Below, piece after piece: positions 29,782 to 42,987 of a stretch of 64,000 nucleotides of DNA. The stretch comes from Paragordius varius (taxonomy: Eukaryota > Animalia > Nematomorpha). Below the pieces are notes generated by a model. The model saw only the letters and a list, made by a program, of their open reading frames with translations, did not search any database and was not told the origin of the DNA. The position numbers were made by a program, and so were the translations under genes. Each line of letters begins with the position of its first letter. Position 1 is the first letter of the stretch. Location of the stretch: assembly GCA_964247055.1 (NCBI GenBank), contig OZ176054.1:1860001-1924000 (forward strand), in the 5' to 3' direction.

Positions 29782-31174
29782 TATTATATTAGTTATGGTT
29801 TTAGAATTTCACTTTATAGCAAAAATTTATTCCAGCGCTTTTATAACCTCTTAGAACACCACCCTCTATAAACGGTGCCACCTTATGAAAAGAACGTGGC
29901 CGCCAACAACTTGTTTTGAAATGAAAACTCAATTTTCAGATTAATTCTCCCCGTTTGAGGGCAAAATAGCTGTGGAATACTTTTTCTAGCGTCTTGTCCC
30001 ACCCATTGTTAAATGGGGAGCTAAAGAAATTGAGTTTAATGAAGGAATTTTTGGGTAATAATTCAATTTTGGCCTCATACTTTTTAATTTGCTGATCATG
30101 GCGGCATTTTTTGAATAAGCCGCTGTTTAGTTTAAGGTATATTACAAAACAAACTCCCCAAAAATATTTTTTACACCAACATTTAATATAAGGTATAAAA
30201 TACATAAATTGGCCCTCTGTAATTCTTAGTAAATGTTAAAATAGAGCCTTTTATTAATTGACTCCTGGATAAATGTCTACCCTATCCAAATAGGCCTCTC
30301 TACATAAGTGACTAATAAACGTAAATGCTTGGTTATATTCAGATAAGGCAGCACCATACTTTTTTTCCTAATAGGCTGATCAAGCTGACAGATATTTTTG
30401 GAATTAGAGTATGTTTAGCCCCATCTCCTGTCAAATCACACCTTTTTCCAAAAAATATTAAATTAAGCATAAAAATTGTGGATATTTTACAATATCGTCC
30501 TACTTAAGATATGATTTTTTTTTCAAAATGCTTATACCCTTCTATATTTAAAATCCGAAAATTTATTTAAATCAGGGCTTCCCAACACAAATGGCTTCAC
30601 GGGCCGATTTTTACTATAAATATTTTATTAGATTTCAAACTATCTAAGAATATAAAAAATACGATTAACTTCTTTTTATTTCAATTTTTGTTTTGTTACC
30701 AAGATTTGGAAAAACTTGTATAAACTTGTTGATAAATAAATTTTAGACATGATTTTCTCGGTATTAAACAGCTGCCACTTTATAATCAAAATCTTAGTTC
30801 TGACATATTTTAAATGAATTAAGAAAATGTAGGATTTATATGTTAAAATTACCGAAAATTGAGTTAGATTCTGTAATTTTTTGAACAAAAATACACAATC
30901 TCAATCGTACTATACCTAGCTAAAATATAAATTTATTTGAATATGTGATCAAATAGTTAATATAATTAACTAAATATAATTTTTACAATATTGCCATAAT
31001 TATATTTGCAGTATCTTCTTTGCGTAATTATTATAAATAGGTTGGATAATTTTCAATCAAGAATAAATGGAAATCTAAAAATATGATATATTAAAATGAA
31101 AATGTAAGATTCAAATAAATTATATAGTTTATATTTAACCTTTGTTGCCGTTAAAATAAAGTAGATTATTTAAT

Positions 31175-34100
31175 CAAATGATCATCCCATTTGGCTTTTT
31201 CATAATCTATGATAGTGGAATCCCATAGGTCATATAATTGTTGTGGGTTTTCATTCCATACCTGTAATTAAAAATTACAGAAATATCTTGCTTGTTATAA
31301 GAGTAAATTATAATTTAATTTTTGATTTATATTGTTTCAGTGACATATAATATCAGCTTTTTAGAATGAATATTTTAACTTTTATTTGATAAAGGAATTC
31401 AAAAACAAGATTGCTAACTTTATCTAAAACATCCCAGCCACGTTTGGCAGACGATAACAAATATTCATTTCCTGGATCAAGCGAATAAGTATATTCACCC
31501 ATCGTGAGGGATTGACATAGTCGGGCACAGACGCAAAGCTAAAAAAATAGCAATTTAGATAAACAAATACTATATATAAGATAAAGAATTGTTTCTACCT
31601 TTAAAAAATCAAAGGTAGTTTATGGTGTTAATCAGTCATCACCACAAATTTATATATAGAGTAAAAACAAAATAGAGACATCCGTTCAAGTTGGTGTATA
31701 ATATTGCAATAGAAATTACTGAAAACATTAAGTTTTTGATTATCACTCTTTTTATATAAAAATTAATGTGGGATTAACAAATGTTTAACGGTTTTACTGG
31801 CTTTAAGAGGCCGTCATAAACATATCAAGGAAAGCAATCATGACCAGTCTCAGACCCACTCTAATAATTAAATTTTTATCTTTAATGACTTTAATTATAT
31901 CAAAAACGAGAATTGATTAGGTTAACATATCTTAGCAATCTTGCTGCATTCATTTTTATGATAATACATCAATCTTCGGTTCGTAGTTAGAAAAGTCTTT
32001 TATTTAATCAATGAATTCATAAATAACCAACATTTTAAGGGCACTCAAAATTATATGATGTTACATATAAGGAGGTGTGATAAAAACCTGAATGCACAAA
32101 ATCTCTTGTGGTGATAGCTCCATGTATTGCAAATATCCAGCAAGGACATGGCCTCCACACTCTAATACATTGGCTTCATCGACTTTAATCATCATGTATG
32201 TTATGCAAAGCGATATTTCAAACACATAATAGGAAATGTGTAAATCACCAAAATCGATAACCCCATATATGTTGTAAGAATCCGAATTCCGGGTACCATT
32301 CTTATTCTCCCTATCAGCCTTATTTACAATTATGTTGTGTTCATTAAAGTCGCCATGGATGACACCTAATTACATATATATATATTATATATATATATAT
32401 ATATATTATGGGTATAATATGAAAAAATTATATACTTCAATTATATACCATTTACACCTCAAATTCATTCTAAATACGAATTATGTGTTTTGGGCGCTAA
32501 TCTAACTCATTCTTAAAATTAAATATTTTTTTATGGTATATTTTAACTTTTCTGTATTATTTTTAAACAAGTTTATTTAAAAAATAAAAAAAATGCTAAC
32601 TCTTGATTTCCAAAAACATGATAACTTTTTAAATCTTTAAGTTAAGATTTGAAATGTTTAAGGGTGAATTTGGGGTGTGTAAATATACATTGCATTTGCA
32701 ATATTAATAATTATTATAGGTCACTAACCTTTTTTGAAATCAGCCAATATGGGAATGATAGTGTTGGAAAATTTGGAAATGATTGAATTCGCAAGCTCTC
32801 TTCGTTTTTCATCTCTGATGGCATGACTAAATTCCGTTAATTTGGGGACACTTTCCAAACTCCATATAGTTTTATGGCCTTCGAGCCCCGGGTGATTAAA
32901 ATGCTATACATCAATTTAGCTATAATATATCTTTCAGTTATTTAGCGCTTGATAAAAAAACATTTTAAGTCATATTATTATTGGCGATGTACTTAAACAA
33001 ATCGATTATTTTAAGTATCCTATAAAAATAATAAATCAACTATTAAATTGCAGAGCAAATCAAGAGAGAGATGCTTTACTTGAAGTAAATTATCAATCCT
33101 GCCAATGTAAGCTCCTGCTTGATAACACAAATCCAACGAAACCGGTATGTTTCCCATGACTTCGCCCGCAATGAAATTAAACATTCGCACAAGATATTTC
33201 CCATATTCTGTATAATACATGTGTTCAAAAATATATGTTTGATTATACAAAATGTGTTTCATAGAATAGACTTTAAAAATAAAAATTAGAGTGGAAAAAT
33301 ACGATTTTTATCCTGTAAATCATCCTTTTCGATCGGTAAAGTTTCAATAGAAAACTCCTGTCCTTCCCGATTCAAAATAATGACGGGACAATTTACTCCA
33401 TGACTATGTAAGTATCGCATTGTGGCGTGTTGAGCTTCTACAGCAAGAGTAAAATAATAAAACTCGATTATAAATTTGACTAACGAAATTATTTCAATGT
33501 TAATCTCGATGCTTTTCGTACAACATAAAAAAGGCTATGAATCTTAAATACTAATTTATTTTAATTTTATAAAAACTATTTTGCAATTTTTAAATTTAGA
33601 ATCAAAATTGGTGGTTCATATTACCAATGGCATGCAAACACTTTAAAAATAGCAATTAAATTTTATCTCTAAAATTTTGTCCCAAATAAAAAGGATTATA
33701 TTGTTTTTTGGGGGGTTTGTTTATAAATGCGCTTTTTAATTAAATAAGGAATTCGAAAACAAAAGACTTTATAATTTCCGGTTTTATATAATTTAAACCG
33801 GTTCCGGACGCGAAATTGGATTCGGAATTTAAATTTTTGGTTTCGGTGTTGGTGAAATTTACAGATAACCTGTTATTTTGAAACAGTGCATAAATTTGAC
33901 ACAAACATTTTAACATGAAATGCATCGTATTTGAAAACAATCAAACTGATAAACCAATTTACGAAATTGAACCCGTTTTTGAGTTCAAAAGCTTACCGAA
34001 AAAAATAATGGGTTCACTCACACCTAATCACTCAAGTTAAAAAATTCTTTAAAAAATTACAACTCTTAAACAAATATCTTAAAACCTATATTATTAGTGA

Positions 34101-35228
34101 ATATAATTTATTTATACTGTGCCAAGACTGTAAAATGCTATTATGTAACCAATTAGATTGGTAAATGTAAAATATTTAGCGATAATTAATATCAATTATC
34201 AGGGATATATATATATGTAATAAAGAAACATTATTTTTATAAACTGGATAATCCGAATTAAATTTATTTTATATGTAAAAATTTATAAAAGTAACCGATA
34301 TAGGCAGGTTTTTGAGTGTCATGAGAATTTAGAATTTTGAAAACATAACCATCCGGTAAGATATCTCGAATATTTCGGTTATCAAGTATCGTGGAATTAT
34401 TGGAATCCAATCCTTTGGCTTTAATCAAATAATTTTTGTCATCATAACTGTTTAGTTCCTTTATTTTTCCAACCTATTTTACAATATGTATATTCTTTTA
34501 TGATATTTTTAACAAGCATCTAAATATGGAGTTTTCAACACGCAGCCCTTCGAAACATTATGTGCGGCCCGCGATTCAGAAATCCATAATTTGTAAAAAA
34601 ATGCTAATAAATCTTATTTTCTGAATAATTCCTTCCGATTAGCAAAAAACTATAAAAAAAATTATAAATTATAAATGCTCAATTGGAATTTTCGAGACGA
34701 AAATGCGGCCCGCGAAGCCATTTGTGTTGGACATACCTGATATAAATAAAAAAAAGACAAAAACATCAATTAAATATTTTCACCAAAGTTTAAGAAAATT
34801 TTGCCTAATTGTCAGGTCGGGCCAATTTGATAACGCTTTAACAAAGCAAATTAAGCAAAATAAAATAAATAATGTTTTTTCTGCCATTAAAATCTTTGTA
34901 ATCTCACCTTCATTCCATACTTTTCCCACACAACATTTTTGACCGTATCTAATTTCACGTAAGGTTTTATGATTTGACCCGCTTGTAGAGTTGTACCTCC
35001 CTCCGAACTATTCGACATTTCAATTTTATGCTTTTGATTTTCTGGACTTTTAAAGGTAGAATTATTTATATTTTCTTTATCTGGCGGTTGATGTGTTGTT
35101 TGATTATTTTTTTCAAGAAATTTGGGTTCGATTTCGGCTTTTACTAATGGTGATTGGTCTTTTAAAATCTCAGCGGCGTTGTGTAGGATAGTTTCGTCGT
35201 TTAAATCTAACAAATATTCTTGGACCAT
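31175..35228 (-). CDS. HYKK: Hydroxylysine kinase (aminoglycoside-phosphotransferase fold)
   Basis: Eight in-phase exons (35228-~34909, ~34418-34281, ~33443-33304, ~33207-33082, ~32900-32731, ~32366-32089, ~31541-31424, 31261-31175). Motifs: ELNSYDDKNY, YLVRMFNFIAG, TIWSLESVP, VIHGDFNEHNII, GVIDFGD, CGGHVLAGY, CARLCQSL, AKRGW. The true start is uncertain. Confidence 0.9.
32448..32686 (+). mobile_element. Foldback MITE family F, copy 4 (degraded)
   Basis: TATA|CCATTTACAC left end, the family core, and a decayed GGGTGAATTT..GTGTAAAT right end; in an HYKK intron. Confidence 0.75.
34526..34739 (+). mobile_element. hAT-type MITE family H
   Basis: GCGGCCCGCG motifs near both ends, right end GGACATACCTG, and a near-perfect 8-bp TSD ATCTAAAT/ATATAAAT. 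Confidence 0.7.
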
Positions 35229-37359
35229 CTATGGTCCATTGTAAAAATATTTATAAAAATTACCAAAATAAATTTATAAAATCTTACCAAAAATTATAAT
35301 TTTTATCTAAAAATATTGTTATAAGGCATCCAAATATTTAATTTTTTTATATACCTTGATAGAGTATTTCGTATGAAGAATTGGCTTTAACACAATTAGA
35401 TATCGTTATCGAATTAACTGAGGTGTAAGAATTTGTTTGAAGTATATTATAATATTAATGTGATAAAATACAATTGATTTTTTATAATATTAAATTATAC
35501 CGTATGTTGTATGTGTTTAATGTTTTGACGAAAGAAAAACCAAAAAATTCCTTAGGGCTTTTTTATAATATAAATGCGAAAACAGATAACAATAATTGAA
35601 TATTTGTATCAATATTGTTTGAAAAACATCAAGTTTTTACATGTTATTTGTTATTAATTACATAGTTATTGAGAAAATTAACACACTAATTCAAATTGTG
35701 ATGTTTAAATTTTTTTTCATAAAAACAATATTGTGAAGGTTTGAATATGGGATTGCAAAGATATTGTTTAAAAAAATAGTGTTAAAAACTTTTTCAAAAA
35801 TACTGTTTTTTAAATTCAAACTTCAAATTTTAACAAATGATACGACTAAAAAATGGCAAGAGCATGATAAAACAAAATACAAATTAGGATTTATATTATT
35901 CTCGATTCGGGGCGGTTTAAGCCGACGATGCGCTGATCATAACTTAAACTAAATGCTGTTTTTATTATTAAACCTAAATCTATTTATATGTTTAACGATG
36001 TTCATATTAATTTATAGATGTTCCTAATGATTATAATTATAAAAAATGTAATTTTTCTAACAAAAGGTTTCTTTATAATAGAATTTTCAATTTGTTTTCT
36101 ATAAGAATCGTGTTTTTGTCTGAAAATAATTTTACAAAATTACAATCTCCGAATTCTTTCAATCAAACTGGTAGCCTTCATGGTTTATCAGGTGCCGCGT
36201 TCTGTACGGTTTTTCCAAACCAAATCGCCCCGTTAAAAAAACACTATGTTTTTTTAAATATAATAGGGCAAATTATGTTTCAAATGTAATAAACATAATT
36301 TACGATTTTTCATATTGATTTCAATAAAGTATAATTGTGGATTGAACCTAAGAAATGTCTGTTAATTCTTAAGGTTTATCCAAAACGTGTTTCCCATTGT
36401 TATCGTTTTTTTATATTTTATTTCTAATAATATATCACATGTCTAACGTGTATTTGCTAATAAAGCTATTTTATTGTTCACGTTGGTTAAAAATCTTGCA
36501 AAGAGTGGTTTCCATATATACAACAGCCTTTTTAAAAAAGCCCACGTAAAAAATCCGGATAAACTTAAAACTCATATATTTTTGGCTCATTTTTTTTAAA
36601 TTTTTTTAGCCTAAAAGTAATTCTTTCAGACCTAATAAAGCTTAACACTTACCCTTAGCCGGAAAAATGCCAGTTTCTGGATTTGAATTAAGATATATCT
36701 TCTGATACATGCATAGTGAGTTGAAATTAAAGATTTTTTCGGAAATATCTTAAAGATTTCGTAAAATGCAATAGCCCAATGAAGGACAATTAGAATTTTC
36801 TTTTTTGTGCAACATGTTAACCGTTTGTTAACATCTACCAAATTTAAATTTTAATCAATGGGATATGAGTGGCCCAATTTTGGTGAGTGTAACCGGTCGC
36901 TCGAACACAAAGGTATGAGAATGAGTTTTAAATACCATTTATAAATATTAAGAGGTTTAATTACATTCAGAATCTATAAAAAAATATTATATTTATGAAG
37001 TTTTGCCCTTAAGTACAAATAATTTTGTGATCAACATTTAAAAAATTATAAAGAAAATGAAAAGTTACATACCTGATTACAATTTTAACAAAGAAAAGAA
37101 TATTTTCGGTATGAAGTGAATCGAATCGATAAGGTATTAATTTTTGAAATATGTTTATTTATTAATAAAATTTTCTTTGGTTAGCCTAACACATTTGTTA
37201 AACTTTATACATATTTACATTTTATGGGAAGAGGATTACATATGTTTTACAAATTAATATAATAAATGTTCATGTTGGAAAAATATTTAATTACACAGTT
37301 TTTGCATTTTGCACGTATAAATGTTCCAGAGAAGGCAGAGAGCGTTTTTACGCCATATA

Positions 37360-37524
37360 CAGTAGCGTATGACATAAAACAATATTAGTCCATAAAAAAA
37401 TGTTTTTTTTAATAGACAAGGGGATATATTATAGATATGTGTAATAAACTAGGCTTGTTTTTTTTAAAAAAAACATTTTTTTATTCTTTTATGGACTAAT
37501 ATTGTTTTATGCCATACGCTACTG
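37360..37524. mobile_element. Tc1/mariner-type MITE
   Basis: TA|CAGTAGCGTATGACATAAAACAATATTAGTCCATAAAA and a near-perfect inverted copy ending CTACTG|TA. Confidence 0.8.
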
Positions 37525-37536
37525 TACTTTAATATT

Positions 37537-37572
<36 letters not shown>

Positions 37573-38029
37573 CTAAGAGGTAAACTGTGTTTGTACTTAA
37601 GGTTTTTTAACATTGTAGATGTTACACATTATTATAAGAAGATTGAATTTTTCTTAAGCAAACAAATAAAAATCAATATGATACAATTTCCATTTCCACA
37701 TGAAATTCATATAAACCATATTACAAATATTAATGAATGCATATTGCAAATTTCGCAAAATGAGAGCGAGAGTTTTGTTAAAAAAGAATTAATTTATACT
37801 TAAAATAAGTTTTTTTTATAATAAAAAAAGAATCAGAAATGGTTCGATAACTACCTGCATTTAATGTATTTTTCTTTGAAAGGTTTAGCCATCGGCCTCA
37901 AGTATAATTTATACTATAATGAAATCTGTTTTATTTGGCTCCGGAATCTGTGGCAAAATATTTTAAATTAAAAATTACCATTTAATTTTTTGTATTAATT
38001 CCGAGTTTAGGTAGGTAATTCTTTAGCTT

Positions 38030-39300
38030 GAACTAAACCCCTTGGTAATTAGAATAATTAGTTCTTCCACTTGTCCTCTTTCCTATGCTATTTCATTTAA
38101 ACTTATAAATCTACTATGTTTTTTTAGAGGTCCAGCCATCTTAACATTGGTCTTCATTTTTCCTTTCCCTTCAACTTAAAGGATCTCTTCCTTATGTAGC
38201 TATATACGTAAACTTTCTTTTAATTATAACTCCCATCTAGTTACTCTCAACATTTTATTTTTCTCTTATTGTTTCATTCTTAACCTTGTACCACCTTATA
38301 TTCAACATCTCCTCCAACACATTTCAAACGCTGAAATGCTTTTTTATCATAAAGCTTTTTGCAGCATAAGTCGCTACCGGATAACATGCATTTTTTATAA
38401 CTCTGACTTTAGTTTTCATAGGGATATCTTTACTCAATTTGTTCCCAGCTAACTTCCCTAATGCTATGCGGCAGTGGCGTAGCTAGAATCGGGGTAAGGG
38501 GAGCTGTTCCACCGGGCGACATAGTTAAATGGATTTTAAAAAATTTTAATTTTATTTCAAAAAATATGAATCTCAAAGATATGTTTAAATAATACATTAA
38601 AAAAACCCATTTATGAATGGTCATGATCAAGGTTTGAATTCAATTATTTTTTTAAAATGCAAGGGGTTGCATGGAGAAGAGGGGGCGTCATCACAGATTC
38701 ATGCACCGCGCGCCAGATGTGTCAGCTACGCCTCTGCTATGCGGCGTTTAATATCCAGCTTGGAGGAGCCGTTTATATTTTTTAGAGAGCCTAAGTATAT
38801 TCCTCTACTACTTTTACTGGGGTGTCGTCTGTAATAATCGGTTTATTTTTTATAAACTCATAATTTTTGATTCTTAGGATTGTTCACCATATATCTGCGA
38901 TCAGCGCCGTGTCATATGCGAATCTTAATCGTTCTACCCTTATCTTTAGGCTTTCAGTACCTTCATCTACTTCTCTCATGATGATTTCTGTACAAATGTT
39001 AAACAAGTATGATGAGAGGCAACATCCCTGTCTAACATTTTTCTGTATTGAAAATCATTGTTTCTATTTGACAAATAAAATGGCCTTTAGTTTTAACATT
39101 AAAAGTGATTTTTCCGATGTCCACACCTGATTTACTGTGGAAAAAAACGCGCTCATTAGCAGCGTTGGTTCCAGGTTCACAATTTTTAAAATATTAGTAT
39201 GGAACATACTTTGTTTCAAAATGAGAAATATTTCTAACCATTTCTTTTCTACTGTATTTTTTTCTGTTGTCCATAATTTAAGTTTTTCGTTATTAATATA
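38030..39300 (-). mobile_element. Decayed RTE-like non-LTR retrotransposon fragment
   Basis: The minus strand gives VRQGCCLSSYLFNICTEIIMRE (RT) and an AFEM..WRR.L..W..V.NE-type 3' block, with stops. It is interrupted by a MITE. Confidence 0.7.
38472..38736 (+). mobile_element. hAT MITE, family C (copy 1)
   Basis: CAGTGGCGTAGCT..AGCTACGCCTCTG TIRs and a perfect 8-bp TSD CTATGCGG. Confidence 0.88.
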
Positions 39301-39399
39301 TTTTTTAACTAATGATACTTCAGAAAAAAAGATGATTTTCTAGATTACTTTTTGGGAATTTTTGGGAGATGCAGATGTAATCAAATGATTTTTGAACAT

Positions 39400-41726
39400 C
39401 GCACCGATTCTGGTTTTAATGTTATCCAATGAAAATGACCAATTTCATTGAATTGCACCGTCCGGTCCCCCAAATCTTTACAGTTTGTATAAAACATTTT
39501 ATATGGTACAGGATATTTTGGCGATTTATTAAGCCTTGTTTTTCCAAATTATTTATTATGGTTAATGGTATAAAATTATTTTCTAACCTTTCTTGACATT
39601 GGAATTTTAGGTTGCTATCTTCGTTGGCTATTTCGATTGCCGAAATTTTGTCACCTTCTATCAATTTATTAACATTTTGAAAGAGAGAAGCTTGATTTTG
39701 TAGGAATTAACCATATTTTTGAAGAATCACTTTTAAAAAACTTTTCCAAAGTTGTAGGACATTTGTCATGTGATTAAAAATAGAATTTTAAAGGATCGTA
39801 CATTTTTAAAATTCTTTCAATAGCTGGCAGAAGAGCTAACCAACGAGTTTTAAAATATCTAATTTTTTGATATTGAACTTCTGCATTTTCACAGAATTCC
39901 TTAAGCATATAAAAATAGGAATAGATTTTAACAACTACATTTTCCACATCTACGGGTAACAAATCAGCAGCTCTTTGAATAGCGTTGTTATATGCGCTGC
40001 ACACCCAACGCCAATAATGTTTTGATAAAAATTATCTGCTAATTTATGAAAAATATTTTTTGTTCCTCTCCTTGCTTTTCCACCGAAGTTCGTATTGGTG
40101 TTGTCAGCGCAATATAATTTTGTCTTTTAAATTATTTTTTTCTAGAATATTCATTAGTAAAAATTATGTCTGAATTTTCACCGGGTAGCGAAATAAAATC
40201 TAAATCTTTAATGATTACTTCGGTTTCTGGATCAAAACATCTTATTAAAGTGAGTAATTTTGTCTTGTGATTTGATGCATCAGAGTATAGCGATATGAAA
40301 TTAATTTTCAGCAAATCTTTTTGTATTTCAAAACATGTGGCGAAAGGACATTGCATACAATGAGATCTAAAGGAATGATTGTGATTAACGGCCTGAAAAG
40401 ATAAAACGCCTTCGGCCAGCAAATTCTTTTCTTGCTCTCCAAAAGCAGTTTTTCGATAAAAATTGCTCATTTTTTAAGATGATGCCGCCATATCTAAACA
40501 TTTTTTATGGTTCTGTGTTTCCATATGCTTTGAAATATCATGCTTGCCGCCATGTGCTAGGGTGAATTTCCCCTCGCTTAATGAAGTAACAAATTCAATA
40601 TTCTTTTTTTTGATAAAAGGAAATTCTTTAATTAATTCGTTGAATTTATAACCTCTTTTTGCACTCATATTTTTAAACTAATATTTGTATTACCTTAATT
40701 TTTTGGAATAAACGTATAAGCTACCGATTTGTTGTATTAATTTGTCTTTTTGATAATGTTGGCAGGTAATATAACTAAAATATTAGCATAAAAAAATATT
40801 TTATTACCTTAATTTCTGGAGCAAACGTAAGCTACCGATTGGTATTAATTTGTCTTTCTATAATGTTGGCAGTAGGAGTAGGAAGCAAAGTCCATTATTA
40901 TATGATATAAATTCGAAAAAGTATATATTTTTAACACTTCGATTCAAATTGGGGTATCTAAATACCCCAGACTAAATTTGAGTTTGGATTTTAAAAAAAC
41001 TACTGAAGGAAACGGTCCCAAATTAAATATATGCTTCTCTCCTAATCAAAATTATATAAATATGCCAAAATAGTTAAATAAAATTTTGTTTTGAAAAAAA
41101 GGTTCCATGTCAAAATATTTCGACGCCATTTTTATTTTACAAAGTTTTTGCAAAATATCGTCTTCATTTAATTTAAAGGGTAAATTAAAGCTATTTTTTT
41201 TTATTTAAATTACATCTAACATTGATAGAAATAGAAAAAGCGGTTTATTTTGTATTATTTTGCAATTTTACCATTGCACTCATGTCACTTGACTAAATTT
41301 TTACCTTTCAGTTTTAGTTAAAAATAAGTAATATCAAGTATTTTTGAATAAAATTTTTTATATATTACAGTTTATTAATGTTATATAACTGCAAAATTTT
41401 GCCATGGTTTCGATTCCTCCCATATTTTTTAAAGAATTCGATTTTAAACAGGCCTGGGATATTTAAGTACCCCAATTTGAATCGAAGGACAAAATGAATG
41501 TGTTGTATCCAAGTGTTAATTGAATAAAAAACTAAAATTTAAAATTGAATAGGTTTTAAAGATTACTAATGATGAAAAATTAAAACGGATAAAAAAAAAT
41601 AAATTTTTTATAAAAAATTTAAATATATTTAAATTTTTTTTATATAATCGTGAAAAAGCGGGACATTTTAAAAACGTAGCGGGACGCGGGACAAAGTATG
41701 AAAAAGCGGGACGTCTGGTCACTCTA
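39400..41726 (-). mobile_element. 3'-truncated hAT element (Blackjack/MER81-like terminus) with decayed transposase
   Basis: 5' terminus TAGAGTGACCAGACGTCCCGC with GCGGGAC repeats. Transposase fragments run from 40668 downward: AHGGKHDISKH, LYSDASNHK, CADNTNTNFGG, GVGCAAH, KTRWLALLPAIERIL. No 3' TIR was found. Confidence 0.8.
40935..41489. mobile_element. MITE with ~36-bp TIRs nested in the hAT 5' region
   Basis: CTTCGATTCAAATTGGGGTA..AAATA.CCCAG and its inverted copy; a third solo end at ~54281. Superfamily unassigned. Confidence 0.7.
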
Positions 41727-41735
41727 GATATTGGT

Positions 41736-41981
41736 CAGGCATTTCTGGCGCGTCGTGCAAAATTCGTGATGGCGCCTCTCCCCCTCCATGCAACCCCTAT
41801 TTAAAAAAAATAATCAAATCCAATGGTCATGACCACTAATAGATGGGTTATTTTTTTATATATTATTTAAAGTGATAACTTTGAAATACCTATTTTTTTA
41901 AATTTTTTAAAATCCGGGGCCCCTTCAACTATGGCGCCCGGTGCATCAGCTTCTCCTTTCCCCCCTCTAGCTATGCTTCTG
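41736..41981 (-). mobile_element. hAT MITE, family C (copy 2, inverted)
   Basis: Internal homology to 38472-38736 in reverse orientation; TSD ATATTGGT/ATATCGGT. Confidence 0.75.
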
Positions 41982-42987
41982 ATATCGGTATGTCTTTTAT
42001 TTATTCAAAGGGGAAATCTATTTTAGAAGCTTTCCTTATTGATATCGATATTATAACTTTTACCACTTCTGCATCCAAATACATAACACATCATTATTTA
42101 TATTATATATTTTATTTTTTTACAAAATAATTATATCTCTGAAAAATGTAATGATAGTTTTTATAAATTTTTATCATGTTTGCGTCAATTTATTAAATTA
42201 AAATGAAAAATGCTGGAAAACACTAATTTCATATCAGTTTTGGGATATGACAAAATAGCTAAGAGGATAGAAAATCTGCTTTCTCAAAACTAATATTTTT
42301 CATGTAAAGTGCTTAACACTAAATTACACTTTCAGGTTTTTGTATGCGAGGAATTTGGGGGTAGTTTTCTTTCTAACCCACAACTTAACTTAAATTTTTA
42401 AAACACATACTACTGCTTATCTAATTCTCTTCCCCTATATAAGATAAAAAACTTAAAAATTTAACAGTTGTTGTTTAACTTCTAGAGTCCCAAATTTAGA
42501 TAATCAAACAGCTGATATTAAAGAAATAAATATAATTTGTTTAAATAGTAATTACAAGCTTTATAAACTTAAAAAATTATTTTTTAAACCATAATATTTG
42601 ATTAAGCTTTTTAATATTTTATATAAAAAAACTTTTTTGGTATCACTTAAAACGCTAAGGGAAGCATATTTTTAAATATGGCCGAATGATGAAATATTTT
42701 TTTTGTATTACTAAACTTAAAATAATGTTGAAATTACCTCAAATGGTCAAGAAGTATAAAAATCCATAAAAACACCAATTTAAAACTATCAAATGTTATC
42801 GTCAATTTTAATTTATTATGAAAATTGCTGTATAGCGGAAACCCCAATAAGATTTTCTAATTGCTATGTCCTCACAGCCATATCATTAATTATTATAAAA
42901 GCACATTAGCAAAAAACATTAAAATTGCGTTACAATAAACTTCATAAGCAAAAGAATGGCAAAATATAATCACATGGTACCACATGT

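Noticed and set aside
29380-30520. Possible pogo/Tigger transposase remnant (EKLETMAYLWFKK)
   Set aside because: Only a weak CENP-B-like resemblance; no TIR pair or catalytic motifs could be confirmed.
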